In this document: positions 36,981 to 47,549 of the stretch, one piece after another
How the letters are laid out: every line of letters starts with the position of its first letter
How positions within the stretch are numbered: position 1 is the first letter of the stretch
Virus record (IMG/VR): IMGVR_UViG_3300044648_000391
Location: 1 to 57,355 of that record
Length of the DNA stretch: 57,355 nt
Source of the DNA: a virus
Lineage: Duplodnaviria > Caudoviricetes
Strand: one strand, 5' to 3'
Program-made: the position numbers and the translations under genes
Notes under the pieces: model-generated
What the model was told of the DNA's origin: nothing
Database searches by the model: none
What the model saw: only the letters and a program-made list of their open reading frames with translations

Positions 36981-38318
36981 ATGAAAAACCCATCAGCAAA
37001 ATACAGCGGCTTAAGACGAGCCGCCAATATGCTGCGTAAACATGGTCAGGGCGGTGACACTGTGTTAGCTCACATCAGTCCCGAAGAAGCAGCCTACCTA
37101 CACCAACGTTATGGGGGTGATATCAACCCACATACGGGTTTACCCCAATACGGGCTTTTTGGCAGGGTGTTTGGGGGTGTTGGCAAATCTATTGGCCGCG
37201 CCTTTAAAAAGCCTCTAAAAACAGTACTGCCCTTAGCCGGCTCTATTATCGGAGGTGCCATTGGTGGTCCTGCGGGTTCCATTGCAGGCGGTGCATTAGG
37301 GGGCGGGTTAAGCTCTAGAAGGCATCCTTTAGATAGAGCATTAGGTGGTGCATTAATGGGGTTAGGTAATTCTTTTATCTCCCCTCAGATTGCCCAAGGT
37401 CTTAACCTTAACCCAGACTCCTTTGCTTCAAGAATGTTGATGCATAATGCGCCCTCATTAGGCGAACAAATGGGTATCGGTTCCGGCATGGGCTCTGGTA
37501 TGGGCTTTTTTGGCAGTGGGGGTGCAGGTTTGGATGCAGCCGCCAGCAGCGCAGGTGCCGGCGCGGCTTCAGGATTAAGCGGAGGTGCAGCAAGTCTTGG
37601 GTTAGGTAGCGGCAGCTTGATGGATACGGCTTTATTAGCAACCGCGATTGCCGGTATGGCTAAAAAGCAAAAAATGCCTGTTTATGGCAGCCCTGACAAT
37701 GAATCCTTACAACAAGCCATGGATAAAAATAAACCACACTGGGGACCTGAATATCAATACAAAGAGCCAGCGCCGCTTAAAAGGGAAGCAAAGTTTCCAC
37801 CTAAAGGCTATCGACGCACAGAGTGGAAATTCTTTCCAACCCCTGAAGAGCAAGAGGAGCAATTAAGGCGCGCTAACGAGGAGATTGCACAACCCGGTTA
37901 TCAGTACCGTTACGCTAAAGGTGGTCACGTACGTTATTACGAAGGGGCTGAAGGCGGTCAATCAGACAAACGACCAGTAACACTGCCAGAGCACTCCTAC
38001 ATCATGGATGCGACCACGGTAAGCTTAGCCGGTGATGGTAATTCTAAGAACGGCAAGAAAAGAATTGCCAAAGAGATTGTTAAAAACTTTCTAGAGTCGG
38101 GTATTACCAAAGAATACAAACCTTCGCGCAATATTAAAGCGTATGTTTCTGATGGTGAGATGGAAATAAGCCCACAGGTTGTGTATGCAGCAGGCGGTGG
38201 TGATATTCATAAAGGCATTAAGAAGCTCGATAAATTCAGGAAAAATATCCGTAAACATAAGGGGGTAAAGAAGTTTTTACCGCCTAAATCTAAACATTTA
38301 ATGCAGTATGTGAGGTAA
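36981..38318 (+). CDS. Putative internal virion/ejection protein
   Basis: LAHISPEEA..INPHTGLPQY, Gly-rich segments, SDGE. Confidence 0.65.
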   Translation: MKNPSAKYSGLRRAANMLRKHGQGGDTVLAHISPEEAAYLHQRYGGDINPHTGLPQYGLFGRVFGGVGKSIGRAFKKPLKTVLPLAGSIIGGAIGGPAGSIAGGALGGGLSSRRHPLDRALGGALMGLGNSFISPQIAQGLNLNPDSFASRMLMHNAPSLGEQMGIGSGMGSGMGFFGSGGAGLDAAASSAGAGAASGLSGGAASLGLGSGSLMDTALLATAIAGMAKKQKMPVYGSPDNESLQQAMDKNKPHWGPEYQYKEPAPLKREAKFPPKGYRRTEWKFFPTPEEQEEQLRRANEEIAQPGYQYRYAKGGHVRYYEGAEGGQSDKRPVTLPEHSYIMDATTVSLAGDGNSKNGKKRIAKEIVKNFLESGITKEYKPSRNIKAYVSDGEMEISPQVVYAAGGGDIHKGIKKLDKFRKNIRKHKGVKKFLPPKSKHLMQYVR

Positions 38319-38322
38319 TACC

Positions 38323-39195
38323 ATGCCATTTATGACCGATGCCCAATATCAAACGCTGCCGCCTCACATTAAAACTTATTATGACAACATGATGGCGGAC
38401 GCAAGACGTATACAGCAAGAACCCTTTCAGGCATATAACTCGGATAGGGTTGCTGAGATGGATGGTGATATTCGTGCTGCGCATGCGATGGGCAGAAATT
38501 TCATTGGTGCTGAGCGAAAACAATTAGAAGAAGCAGAGGAAGCCGCGAATAGGGGTAGCCGCGCCTTTCATCAGCGAGACCCTAGAACAGGCAGGCAGTT
38601 TATTGATGATTACATGAACCCTTATCAACGGCATGTTGTTCAACAGATTGCTGAAGAAGGGAATCGTAATTTTAAAGAAAATATTTTACCTGCACTAGAG
38701 GGCAGATTTGTTAAACTTGGCCGCTACGGAGGCGCAAGACATGGTGAACTGACAAGGCGTGCAGCCAGAGATTTGCAGCATGAAATATTAATGCGCCAAC
38801 AACAAGCGCTTGCCAGCGGGTATCAACAAGCCGGTCAATTTTACAATGCCCAACAAGCAAGAGAGCTTGAAGCCTCGCAACAATTAGGTAATTTGGCCGC
38901 AGCCCGTCAAGGTTCTCGTATTGCAGATATGGCAATACTCGAAAACCAAGGCAAATATAGACAACAGCAACAGCAAGCAGCCTTAGATGCAAAATACCAG
39001 AACTTCTTAAGAGAGATTGAGCACCCAAGCCAAAGATTGGCTTTCCAATCTGCCATGATGCAGGGCGTACCACATCAAGGCATCAATCAGGCATATTATC
39101 AAACACCTGCAACGCCACAGACCAGTATATTGTCGGCTTTAGGGCCTATGGTGGGTCAGATGTGGATGATGCGTAACATGCCGAGCGGGAGATAA
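38323..39195 (+). CDS. Putative ejection (pilot) protein
   Basis: YMNPY, YGGARH, Q-rich helices. Confidence 0.65.
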   Translation: MPFMTDAQYQTLPPHIKTYYDNMMADARRIQQEPFQAYNSDRVAEMDGDIRAAHAMGRNFIGAERKQLEEAEEAANRGSRAFHQRDPRTGRQFIDDYMNPYQRHVVQQIAEEGNRNFKENILPALEGRFVKLGRYGGARHGELTRRAARDLQHEILMRQQQALASGYQQAGQFYNAQQARELEASQQLGNLAAARQGSRIADMAILENQGKYRQQQQQAALDAKYQNFLREIEHPSQRLAFQSAMMQGVPHQGINQAYYQTPATPQTSILSALGPMVGQMWMMRNMPSGR

Positions 39196-39198
39196 TCA

Positions 39199-41277
39199 GT
39201 GCCTTTTGATATTAACCAGCTGCCAAGACCTGCGCCCAAACCAAGGCTGTCTTCGGGAACCCAAAAGAAAGAGGGGCCTGGTTCTCGCGCGCATTTTAAG
39301 CGTCATACGCTGGCTGATATTGCAAGTGCTCGTAATAAATTAGAATCTGAAATAGCGCGCGCCAATGATCCGGCCTTAAGAGGAAATTCTTATATTAGAA
39401 GGTATACGCCTCAACAGGCCGAAAAGCTTCGAAAAGAAAATGAATATCAAAATTTTTTAAAGCGGATGATTTTTAAATTTAATAGCACAGGGAAAAAAGA
39501 CAATCTTGGTGACTCTATTAATACAACGGATATTGAAAATGCAAATAAATATAAAACTATCTGGAATAGGTTAACCCCCGCTGAGAAAGAACAAGTCATT
39601 GCAGCGAGTGGTCATGCAGATTATACGCTGCCTAAAAAGCTTGCTCCTTATTTACCAAAACCGCTACCAAAAAGTGCTGTTCAAAAACCTGAATTAAACT
39701 ATGGGCATGATAATCCTGCTGCAACGAAAGAAAATTACATGCATTACGATGACGTTTTAAATGTTGGCGGTCCTCGTAAAGTAATCAAGAGCGCGTTTAT
39801 TGATAAATTAAAAAAACAAAAAGAATCACTTGAGAAAAAAATTACGACACCAGATAGATACAGAAGACCTCCGCTTCCAACAGAAAAAGAAGCCGATGAG
39901 ATGCGCCGAAATCTTGATAGGGATGTATTTAAACAGCATAAATTATTTAAGTTTACACGGGGTATCCCGGCTGGTGAAAGCTTAGAAAACCCTAAAACCC
40001 AAAGTTATTTAAGGAAAGAATTCGAAACCGTTTGGAATGCAATGAGTCCTCAAGAAAAAGACGAATACATTGCACGTGAAACAGCAGGCATGTCGCCTCA
40101 ATATATTCGTAAAAAATATGGTATTCCCTCACTAATGGATGAATTACCACAACCTAAAAAACCAGTTGCAACCGGCCCTAAAAGGGTTGATGAAGGTTCA
40201 AGAGCTTTCGAAAAAGAAAAATTACTGTCTGACATAAAAACGAGAGACGAGGCGGTTAAAAGACAAATTCAGGAACAAAAATTATCGCAAGAAGCAGCGG
40301 CTCCTCTTATTCAAGAAAATGAGTATAAAAAGTTTTTAGACAGACAATTGTTTAAATTTGATGACAGAAGCTTTTCGAAAATACAACAAGCGCACCCTTT
40401 TAATTACGATGTTGAAATAGATGCTGAAACCAATAGGCGATTTCCGGGGGGCATGGGCGGCCTATTGTCAGGACCCAACTGGCAAGCGGTACACCAGCAG
40501 CTCTTTAATGATATACCGGCATTTGTTAGAAATAATCAACCGGGTCACGAGGTTTATGTTAATAGCTTAAAAGACCCAAGGGCACGCGATGATTCTGCCG
40601 GTGCATCCCAGTATGCCAGTATTTGGGAACAGTTAACGCCTGCTGAAAAAAACCAAGTGATGGCGTCTCTCAATTATCAGCCAAAAGGCTTTGAGTATTA
40701 TATGCCGCCAGCACAACCGGAACCTTTAGCGCCTGTAGCGGCGCCTCCCGCAATACCACAAGCGGAGGGAGCACCTCTGTCAGCGGGTCCGCAACCTGAA
40801 GCACCGCCTGTTGTAATGCACGCGGCACCGCCTGCTGTTGAACAAAAAGTTCCGCAAGAACAAGCAGCGATACCACCGCTTTTTCAACCGCCAGTCAGTC
40901 GTGAAGCGCAAGCAGAAGAGTCACGAAGATTAAGAGCCGAGCGAAAGCATTTAAAAGAATGGCGGCAAATGTGGGAAAACTTGTCACCGGTTGAAAGACA
41001 GCAGGTAAGCCTAAATAATCAAGCGCAAGGTGTTATTAATGACCAAAGGATGAATCAGTACATCACCATGGCGCGTCAATACGGTGTACCCATGCAATTT
41101 GAACCCAATGCTTATGGTGCGATGATGCCACCCGCTATGCTGGCAGGATTAATGGGTGGTCAAGAGCCTGCACCCAGGGTGATTAATGCTAGGCCAAGGC
41201 CGCGTATTCACGATAGAATTATGGCTAATTTTGACCCTAATCTATTTAATCCAGAATTTATCGCAGAGGATATGTAA
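39199..41277 (+). CDS. Putative internal virion protein with internal repeats
   Basis: Four WxxL(T/S)PxE(K/R)-type motifs and three FKF motifs. Confidence 0.6.
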   Translation: MPFDINQLPRPAPKPRLSSGTQKKEGPGSRAHFKRHTLADIASARNKLESEIARANDPALRGNSYIRRYTPQQAEKLRKENEYQNFLKRMIFKFNSTGKKDNLGDSINTTDIENANKYKTIWNRLTPAEKEQVIAASGHADYTLPKKLAPYLPKPLPKSAVQKPELNYGHDNPAATKENYMHYDDVLNVGGPRKVIKSAFIDKLKKQKESLEKKITTPDRYRRPPLPTEKEADEMRRNLDRDVFKQHKLFKFTRGIPAGESLENPKTQSYLRKEFETVWNAMSPQEKDEYIARETAGMSPQYIRKKYGIPSLMDELPQPKKPVATGPKRVDEGSRAFEKEKLLSDIKTRDEAVKRQIQEQKLSQEAAAPLIQENEYKKFLDRQLFKFDDRSFSKIQQAHPFNYDVEIDAETNRRFPGGMGGLLSGPNWQAVHQQLFNDIPAFVRNNQPGHEVYVNSLKDPRARDDSAGASQYASIWEQLTPAEKNQVMASLNYQPKGFEYYMPPAQPEPLAPVAAPPAIPQAEGAPLSAGPQPEAPPVVMHAAPPAVEQKVPQEQAAIPPLFQPPVSREAQAEESRRLRAERKHLKEWRQMWENLSPVERQQVSLNNQAQGVINDQRMNQYITMARQYGVPMQFEPNAYGAMMPPAMLAGLMGGQEPAPRVINARPRPRIHDRIMANFDPNLFNPEFIAEDM

Positions 41278-42447
41278 ATGAGCGTTGAACAAGATATGCA
41301 AATGTTGCAATTATTACAACAAGCACAGGCAAATCAAGGTCAAATGCAGCCTAATATGCAACAAATGCCGCCGCAAATGATGCAAGAAGCGCAAATGCCT
41401 ATGATCCAACAACGTCCCAATCCATTAGAGGCTGGCTCTCGGGCTGCGGTTGAGGCGGCTAAACGTTCTTTGGAGATGAGTGACAATGAAAATAGACGCG
41501 CACTGGGTAAATCCATTATTTCAATGCTGGGCAATATGTATAATCACCCGGCTTATGGTAAAGGGTTAGCAGGCGCTTTTACAGCGATGGGCAGTAATAT
41601 ACCGGGTGCCATAGAAATGTATGATACTGAACGCGACAGAATTCGTAATTTGAATTACATGCTCAGTAAACAGCAAAAAGAAGAAGTGGCCGCTGCCAGA
41701 AAAGAAGAGCGCGAAATGAAAAAAATGGCGCATGAAATGGAGATGCAAAAGCGTCACCTGAACGTGTCGGAAGGATACTATAATCTTGAAAAAATGAAGC
41801 GAGAGGATGAAAAGCTAGCTCACGCAGAAATGGCGCAACATGGCGCACATATTCCATTATCAACATTACCGACCTCTGCTTACAATCGAGCAATGGCTCA
41901 AATTAATACGCATATTAATGAAGGGGAATCTGTGCTACCGGGGCTTGATGCAGTTGACAATATTGAAAGAATTTTAACGGACACGCCAGAAGTGACTAAG
42001 CATTGGGGGACTATTTTAACTGCTTCACAAATGCAAAACCCGGGATATGTTAACCAACAGCTTGGAAGGCTTGTTCCAGATAAAATTAAGAATAATGCCG
42101 CATTGTTATCTAAAAACTTGGTAACACTTTATGCTTCTAAGCTGAAAGGTTTCCCGGGCAGAAGTTTGACGGCCTATCTTGAAAACCAGTTAAAACAAGG
42201 TATGCCAAATATTACACTGGATGCTTCTGCCACCAAAGAGCTTATCAAGGGTGATAAAAAATTCATGAAGCATAAGCATGAAAATGGTCAGGAGGTATAT
42301 CGGAACCTGCAAAAAGGTATTTATTATGTACCAAAACCCATGGAATATGAAGAGCCATCAGAATCTACAAAAAACACTAAAACGATGACACCTGAAGAGG
42401 CAGAAGCCCGTAAAGCGCAATTAAGGCAAATGTTGGGGCAGGGGTAA
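41278..42447 (+). CDS. Putative ejection protein
   Basis: Helical and Q/M-rich, in operon. Confidence 0.6.
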   Translation: MSVEQDMQMLQLLQQAQANQGQMQPNMQQMPPQMMQEAQMPMIQQRPNPLEAGSRAAVEAAKRSLEMSDNENRRALGKSIISMLGNMYNHPAYGKGLAGAFTAMGSNIPGAIEMYDTERDRIRNLNYMLSKQQKEEVAAARKEEREMKKMAHEMEMQKRHLNVSEGYYNLEKMKREDEKLAHAEMAQHGAHIPLSTLPTSAYNRAMAQINTHINEGESVLPGLDAVDNIERILTDTPEVTKHWGTILTASQMQNPGYVNQQLGRLVPDKIKNNAALLSKNLVTLYASKLKGFPGRSLTAYLENQLKQGMPNITLDASATKELIKGDKKFMKHKHENGQEVYRNLQKGIYYVPKPMEYEEPSESTKNTKTMTPEEAEARKAQLRQMLGQG

Positions 42448-42450
42448 AGA

Positions 42451-44661
42451 ATGGGCATGACACGCGAAGAGATGGAACGAGAGCTGGCTGAGCTTGAGGC
42501 AGCGTTTCCAAGCCAAAATCCAAACCCAGCGATGGGTCAAAATGCTGCGCCTAATAGAGCTGCTTTAGAGGCAGAATTAGCCGAGCTTGAAAAAGCCTAT
42601 CCAACACCGGCGGGCGGGTTTTTGCATCGTGCAGGGCAATTAGCAAGAGGTATAATGCAGGGTACGGGGGGTGGTGCTGACCTAATCCAGCCTAGAAACC
42701 CAGCGTTACGACCTCATGCCGCTGACCCCGAACAAATAGGCGGTATTGAATACTTTTTCCCTGAAGAAGCGGGTCAAATGGCCAATGAAGCACCTCATAA
42801 ACCCTTATATGAAGAGCTGCCGCGCTTAACTGGCTTAGATGAAAGATTTGAACCCGAAAAAGGGGACACATTCGGCAAAGGCTTAAATGTGACAGGCAAT
42901 CTCTTAGCATTTTCCCCGATTCCAGGGGGCGGATACGCTAACGCTGGCAAAAAATTGCTAGACGAAGGCGCTAAGAGTGCATTAAAAGCCCTTGGAAAAG
43001 AAGCAGCGCTATCAACCGGGGCAGCAGCGGCCATCACTGCAACCCCAAGGTTTACAGAAGAAGGTACACCTAAAGGCGCTTTAGAGGATTTTGCGAAAGG
43101 TCTATTTGGTATGAGAGCGGCTGACACGATAGTGAGCAAAAATCTCACAAAAGTATTAGGCAGAATCCCAAAAAGAATAGGACTATCTGCTACAACCATG
43201 GGCGCAAAACCGAACGAAAGGGCTTTTGGTTTAGCAGAAAAACATGGCATTGATCTACCATTTAATGTTGGGCTGCGCAGTAAACCTGCAAACTGGATGG
43301 CTAATAACTATCTGAAATCTATTTTTACATCAGGGGTTTATGAGGATGCCTTAAAGAATTCTAACGAGTCGATGATAGCGGCTGTTAAGCGCAATATTGA
43401 TTCTCTGGGTGACTCTAACCTGATGCCGCATGAAGCCTCCGGTGAATACAGAAGGTTTATACAAGCAGAAGAAAAAGCCGCAGAAAAGGCAGCCTCAAAG
43501 CTTTATAACGAGGCAGCAGAAATTCTTAAAAAAACAGATACTGTCAAACCTACGCATACCGCTAAATTCATAGAAGGCATGGAAGAATTATTACAGCGTG
43601 ATGTGCAATCACCTTCCACCAAGAAAGTTGCCAATGTTGTCGGTAATTTAGCTGAAAGCTGGGGAATAGCACCCTCAGGTAAGACGCTAGAAGAATTAGA
43701 AAAGAATCCAAAGCTAATACAGGCTTATTTAGAGGCTTTTAAAAAACATACGCCTAATATTCCGATTAAAAAGCTGATAGGTGTTAGAAAAGAGCTGGGT
43801 ACTATTACAAATTTCGACCCAACGATTAAGGGTTCAGAATCTTATTTAAATGGGCTTAAGGGGGCGATTGATTCTGATATTCAGCTTACCAAGAATAAGG
43901 CATTCCTTGAAAAATGGCGATATGCGAATACTGAGTTTAAAAAAAATGTGGCTGACAGGTTTCGGGGAGATATTGCGAGAAGCCTATTGGCAAATGAGAT
44001 GCCAACGGAGGCTTTTAGTTTATTAAATACGCCAGCGAATATAAAAGAGCTTCAGAAGATTGTGGGTAACAACCCTAAGGCAGTTGAGGTCTTTAATGCA
44101 CTTAAAAAGGCCAAGGTGAGGGAAATATTTTCAAATGCGTTACAGGATGAATCCTTAAGGGTAACGCCTTTTGTGAATGTTTTTAATAAAAAAGAAAAGA
44201 CGGCTGAGCATTTAGCAGCGCTTCTACCGGATAAGAAAACGTTTAACAATTTATCTGAGATAGCAGAGATTGCAAACGAGTTTAAAGCAGCAAATCTGGA
44301 GTTCTTAAACACGTCTCGCACTGCTTTAACTGCTTCAGAAATTGCCAAGGCTGAGAAGCTGACAAAAGGGGTTCTATCGGCCTTCTTTAATGGCGCGGTT
44401 GGTTCTGGTGTAGGTGCAATGGCGGGTATTGGAAGTGCGGGGGGTGCTGCTATTGGTATTGCAATGCCTAATCTTTTATCACGCCTTGTTGCGAACCCTC
44501 AGTTTGTAAGAGAAGCAAGAGCGTATGCGATTGCGCGTAAAAATGGGCGGCAATTATATGCGGATACACTTTTAAAAAGACTTATTAAATTAACGGATGC
44601 GGAATCTCGGCTAGTCATGCATGAGATACGGGAAAATCAGGAGAAGTTCAAAAATGAGTAG
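42451..44661 (+). CDS. Large putative ejection/DNA-transfer protein
   Basis: 736 aa helical protein with Gly/Ala hydrophobic segments. Confidence 0.65.
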   Translation: MGMTREEMERELAELEAAFPSQNPNPAMGQNAAPNRAALEAELAELEKAYPTPAGGFLHRAGQLARGIMQGTGGGADLIQPRNPALRPHAADPEQIGGIEYFFPEEAGQMANEAPHKPLYEELPRLTGLDERFEPEKGDTFGKGLNVTGNLLAFSPIPGGGYANAGKKLLDEGAKSALKALGKEAALSTGAAAAITATPRFTEEGTPKGALEDFAKGLFGMRAADTIVSKNLTKVLGRIPKRIGLSATTMGAKPNERAFGLAEKHGIDLPFNVGLRSKPANWMANNYLKSIFTSGVYEDALKNSNESMIAAVKRNIDSLGDSNLMPHEASGEYRRFIQAEEKAAEKAASKLYNEAAEILKKTDTVKPTHTAKFIEGMEELLQRDVQSPSTKKVANVVGNLAESWGIAPSGKTLEELEKNPKLIQAYLEAFKKHTPNIPIKKLIGVRKELGTITNFDPTIKGSESYLNGLKGAIDSDIQLTKNKAFLEKWRYANTEFKKNVADRFRGDIARSLLANEMPTEAFSLLNTPANIKELQKIVGNNPKAVEVFNALKKAKVREIFSNALQDESLRVTPFVNVFNKKEKTAEHLAALLPDKKTFNNLSEIAEIANEFKAANLEFLNTSRTALTASEIAKAEKLTKGVLSAFFNGAVGSGVGAMAGIGSAGGAAIGIAMPNLLSRLVANPQFVREARAYAIARKNGRQLYADTLLKRLIKLTDAESRLVMHEIRENQEKFKNE

Positions 44662-46711
44662 TTATTATGACGTATTGTCTGGAAAATTTATCAATCCTGC
44701 GTTTCCACAATATCAGTTTATTGAACTGACAGCTGACATTGAATTATCCTGGCCTGCGCAATTTCAAAACGTTAATAAAGTCGTTGCAGTCACGATGGTG
44801 GTCGAACCAGATGCAAATGGTCATACGATTACATTGCCAGACGCTACCCAGTGCTCACTAGGATATCGTTTCACGATTAAAAATGCATCAGCATTTGATT
44901 TTGATGTTGAGGATAATGCAGGAGACACGCTGACAACGATTGAAGCTGGTAAAATATGGGAATTCTGGTTAGATGAAAAAGAGGATGCAGCCGGTGTATG
45001 GACGCAAGTTCCCTACATTAGCGGAACAGCTGCGGTGAGTTCTGTTGCCGCTACTTCTGTTTCAAATAACTTATCGATTACAGGAAGCCCTATCACAACC
45101 TCAGGTACTTTTATTTTCGATTTGCGAAAGGATTTATTGCAGCTAGCCTCTTTTGGGGCAAGCAGCGGTATCGCAGTCAGGGAAAATGATAGTCACTGGT
45201 ATCTTCGAACGATTCAAGGTAAGGCTGGTCAGATAGATGTGGAGAACGGGGATGGTGTAGATGACGACCCGGTTATCTCTCTCGTAAACGATATCACTGG
45301 TGTTAACACGATGCGAGTCGGCAATTTAAAGCTAGAGCTTAATACGATTTCATCCACCAATGTAAACGGCAACATTATTTTATCCCCTGAACACACAGGT
45401 CCAACGGATGGTGCTATACATCTAGATGCAGATGAGACGCATATACTGGCAGGGGGTACTTTAAAATTCTTTGCGCCAACGGGCACTAACTATATTTCTT
45501 TTAGATTAGGCACCACAAGCGACATTCAAGATTACCAATGGCCAACGGTTGCACCTACTGACGGACAAGTGTTACAACACCAAACAGCCGGCACTTTAGT
45601 ATGGGCTAATGTTGCAACCGGGGGTGGTGGCACAACGGCTGATGCTATCGCAAGATATTCTAATACGAGCGGTTCGCTTAAGAATTCCAATGTATTAATT
45701 ACTGACGCTTGGGATATGAGCGGCTTAACCTCTATCTCGCAAGTGGGCGGCATTGGTATTGCTAATATTACCCCGCAAACCATTACAACCTTGGGACCTA
45801 ATGATGACTTAATTCTTGCCCCTAATGGCATTGGCGTGATTAGTGCTAACGGTGATGTGGCTATTAGTACGGCGGCAGGCACAAGACGTAAGCTTCGATT
45901 ACATGTAGGCAATGCTGCGAGCTTTTATGCGGGCTTGGTCGCCAATGCTGCAATGGCAGCCAATGTGACCTGGATATTGCCTGCCGCAGACTCAGCCGGA
46001 TACTTTAAAAGCGATGGTGCGAATAACGTATCAATAACAGATACGCTAACAGGTTTAACGTCTGCCACGATTGGCAATATTATTATCAGCAATCCTGCTA
46101 ATACCATTACAACCGCAGCAAATCAGCCTTTAACCATACAGCCTAATGGTACAGGAGCGCTTACTCTTTCAACCACCAGCTCTGGGGATTTAACGCTCTC
46201 AGGCGGTGCTACTGGCAATATCATTTCTGCGGGCGACTTTCAGATTAAACCCGTAGGCGGTGTGTTTAAAAAGCTAAGGCTTTACAATTCGGCTGGTACA
46301 TTCTTTTACGGCCTACAAGCCCCGGCAGCTTTGGCAAGCAATATTACCTTAACGCTTCCAACAGATGATGGTATAACAGGTCTTATGAGTAATGATGGGA
46401 CTGGCAATCTAACCTTTGATACGGGGATTTATGCGGAAGGTGCCCCCGGCTACAATATCGGTATTGGAGATAATAATTTTACCGACTCGACTAATTCTTT
46501 GACGATTACAAACGGCGATTTACCAACTGCTGCGGTTACTGATGCATTAGTGATACAGTCTCAAGACATCACAGCCGGCAACACAAGCCTTTCCTGGTAT
46601 GGTGAAGGCAATGGCGGGGTTGGTACAACCGCGGATAATACAGCAACTCGAACGGTTGCTATCACGGTTAATGGAACAGTTTACTACTTATTAGCACGCT
46701 TGGTTGCCTAA
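44654..46711 (+). CDS. Tail fibre/spike
   Basis: ITLPDA, GSPITTSGT, repeated ISSTN.N.NI.L.P.G.G modules; last structural gene. Confidence 0.75.
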   Translation: MSSYYDVLSGKFINPAFPQYQFIELTADIELSWPAQFQNVNKVVAVTMVVEPDANGHTITLPDATQCSLGYRFTIKNASAFDFDVEDNAGDTLTTIEAGKIWEFWLDEKEDAAGVWTQVPYISGTAAVSSVAATSVSNNLSITGSPITTSGTFIFDLRKDLLQLASFGASSGIAVRENDSHWYLRTIQGKAGQIDVENGDGVDDDPVISLVNDITGVNTMRVGNLKLELNTISSTNVNGNIILSPEHTGPTDGAIHLDADETHILAGGTLKFFAPTGTNYISFRLGTTSDIQDYQWPTVAPTDGQVLQHQTAGTLVWANVATGGGGTTADAIARYSNTSGSLKNSNVLITDAWDMSGLTSISQVGGIGIANITPQTITTLGPNDDLILAPNGIGVISANGDVAISTAAGTRRKLRLHVGNAASFYAGLVANAAMAANVTWILPAADSAGYFKSDGANNVSITDTLTGLTSATIGNIIISNPANTITTAANQPLTIQPNGTGALTLSTTSSGDLTLSGGATGNIISAGDFQIKPVGGVFKKLRLYNSAGTFFYGLQAPAALASNITLTLPTDDGITGLMSNDGTGNLTFDTGIYAEGAPGYNIGIGDNNFTDSTNSLTITNGDLPTAAVTDALVIQSQDITAGNTSLSWYGEGNGGVGTTADNTATRTVAITVNGTVYYLLARLVA

Positions 46712-47092
46712 TTACTGAGACTGAATAGCCTCAATCGCACCATAGGCTGATTGCACTTTAATGATAGGAAACGCCATATCTATCAGCCTATTGCTAATAG
46801 GGCCTGGGGTTTTTATCCATGTTATCATGAAGGTATGAAAAAACGTCCGCTCATGAAAGTCTTCCATCGGCTGCATACAGGTAATATGCGTATTTCGAAG
46901 ACGCCTAACCGATGCCACATGCTTCTTAATAAGAATCGCACGCGCACGGGTATAGTCTAACAACGCAATGTTTTCATTCCTATTACATTCTTCGAATATG
47001 GCCTCTAAAATCTCTGTTGATAGGGATTTTTTGACGGGCTTTTTCTTTGCTATGGGTTTTTTCTTTTTTGGGACTGGTTTCTTGGTAGCCAT
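46712..47092 (-). CDS. Hypothetical protein with Lys/Pro-rich N-terminus
   Basis: MATKKPVPKKKKPIAKKKPVKK. Confidence 0.6.
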   Translation of the reverse strand: MATKKPVPKKKKPIAKKKPVKKSLSTEILEAIFEECNRNENIALLDYTRARAILIKKHVASVRRLRNTHITCMQPMEDFHERTFFHTFMITWIKTPGPISNRLIDMAFPIIKVQSAYGAIEAIQSQ

Positions 47093-47346
47093 TATTTAAC
47101 CTTTATACCTTCTTTGGTTTTTTTAAACTCAATATTAGATTTGTTCATTTCTTGCGTTAAGGGGTATACCTCACCCACGATTTCAACGTCAAACCCCATT
47201 TTACCCACAAGGGATAATTCCATGGGCTTTAGAGCGGGGCGATTACCAATTAATTCCATTAAAGCTTGACTAACAGGGCAAGCCGGGAAAAGCAGGTTAT
47301 CGTAATAAACCCTCTTAGATTTAAATTTAATTTTCATAATATCCAA
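47092..47346 (-). CDS. Hypothetical protein
   Basis: 84 aa, coupled to the next gene. Confidence 0.6.
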   Translation of the reverse strand: MDIMKIKFKSKRVYYDNLLFPACPVSQALMELIGNRPALKPMELSLVGKMGFDVEIVGEVYPLTQEMNKSNIEFKKTKEGIKVK

Positions 47347-47359
47347 AAAATGAAAATAA

Positions 47360-47541
47360 GGGGGCGGGCAGGAATTGCACCTGCTATGGTTACCCTTTTC
47401 TCACTTAAGTTCATTTCCCTAAGTTATATGGTCATGATCATCGCAGACTGTGATTAGAATTTATTAAAAATCCCAGAGCAACCTACCATACATGAGCTGT
47501 TACCGTATCGATTAGCACTTCGCTGTCAGTGCTGCCGCCCC
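47360..47541 (-). ncRNA. Long tRNA-like structured RNA, copy B
   Basis: GGGGCGG/CCGCCCC acceptor; AGCACT-GACAGCGA-AGTGCT; T-arm GCAGG-TGCAATT-CCTGC. Confidence 0.75.
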
Positions 47542-47549
47542 ATTAACCG

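Noticed and set aside
47360-47400. Cobalamin riboswitch (AAAGGG...GGTGCAATTCC on the minus strand)
   Set aside because: No GCCACTG or B12-box; the T-loop is explained by pairing of the 5' and 3' ends
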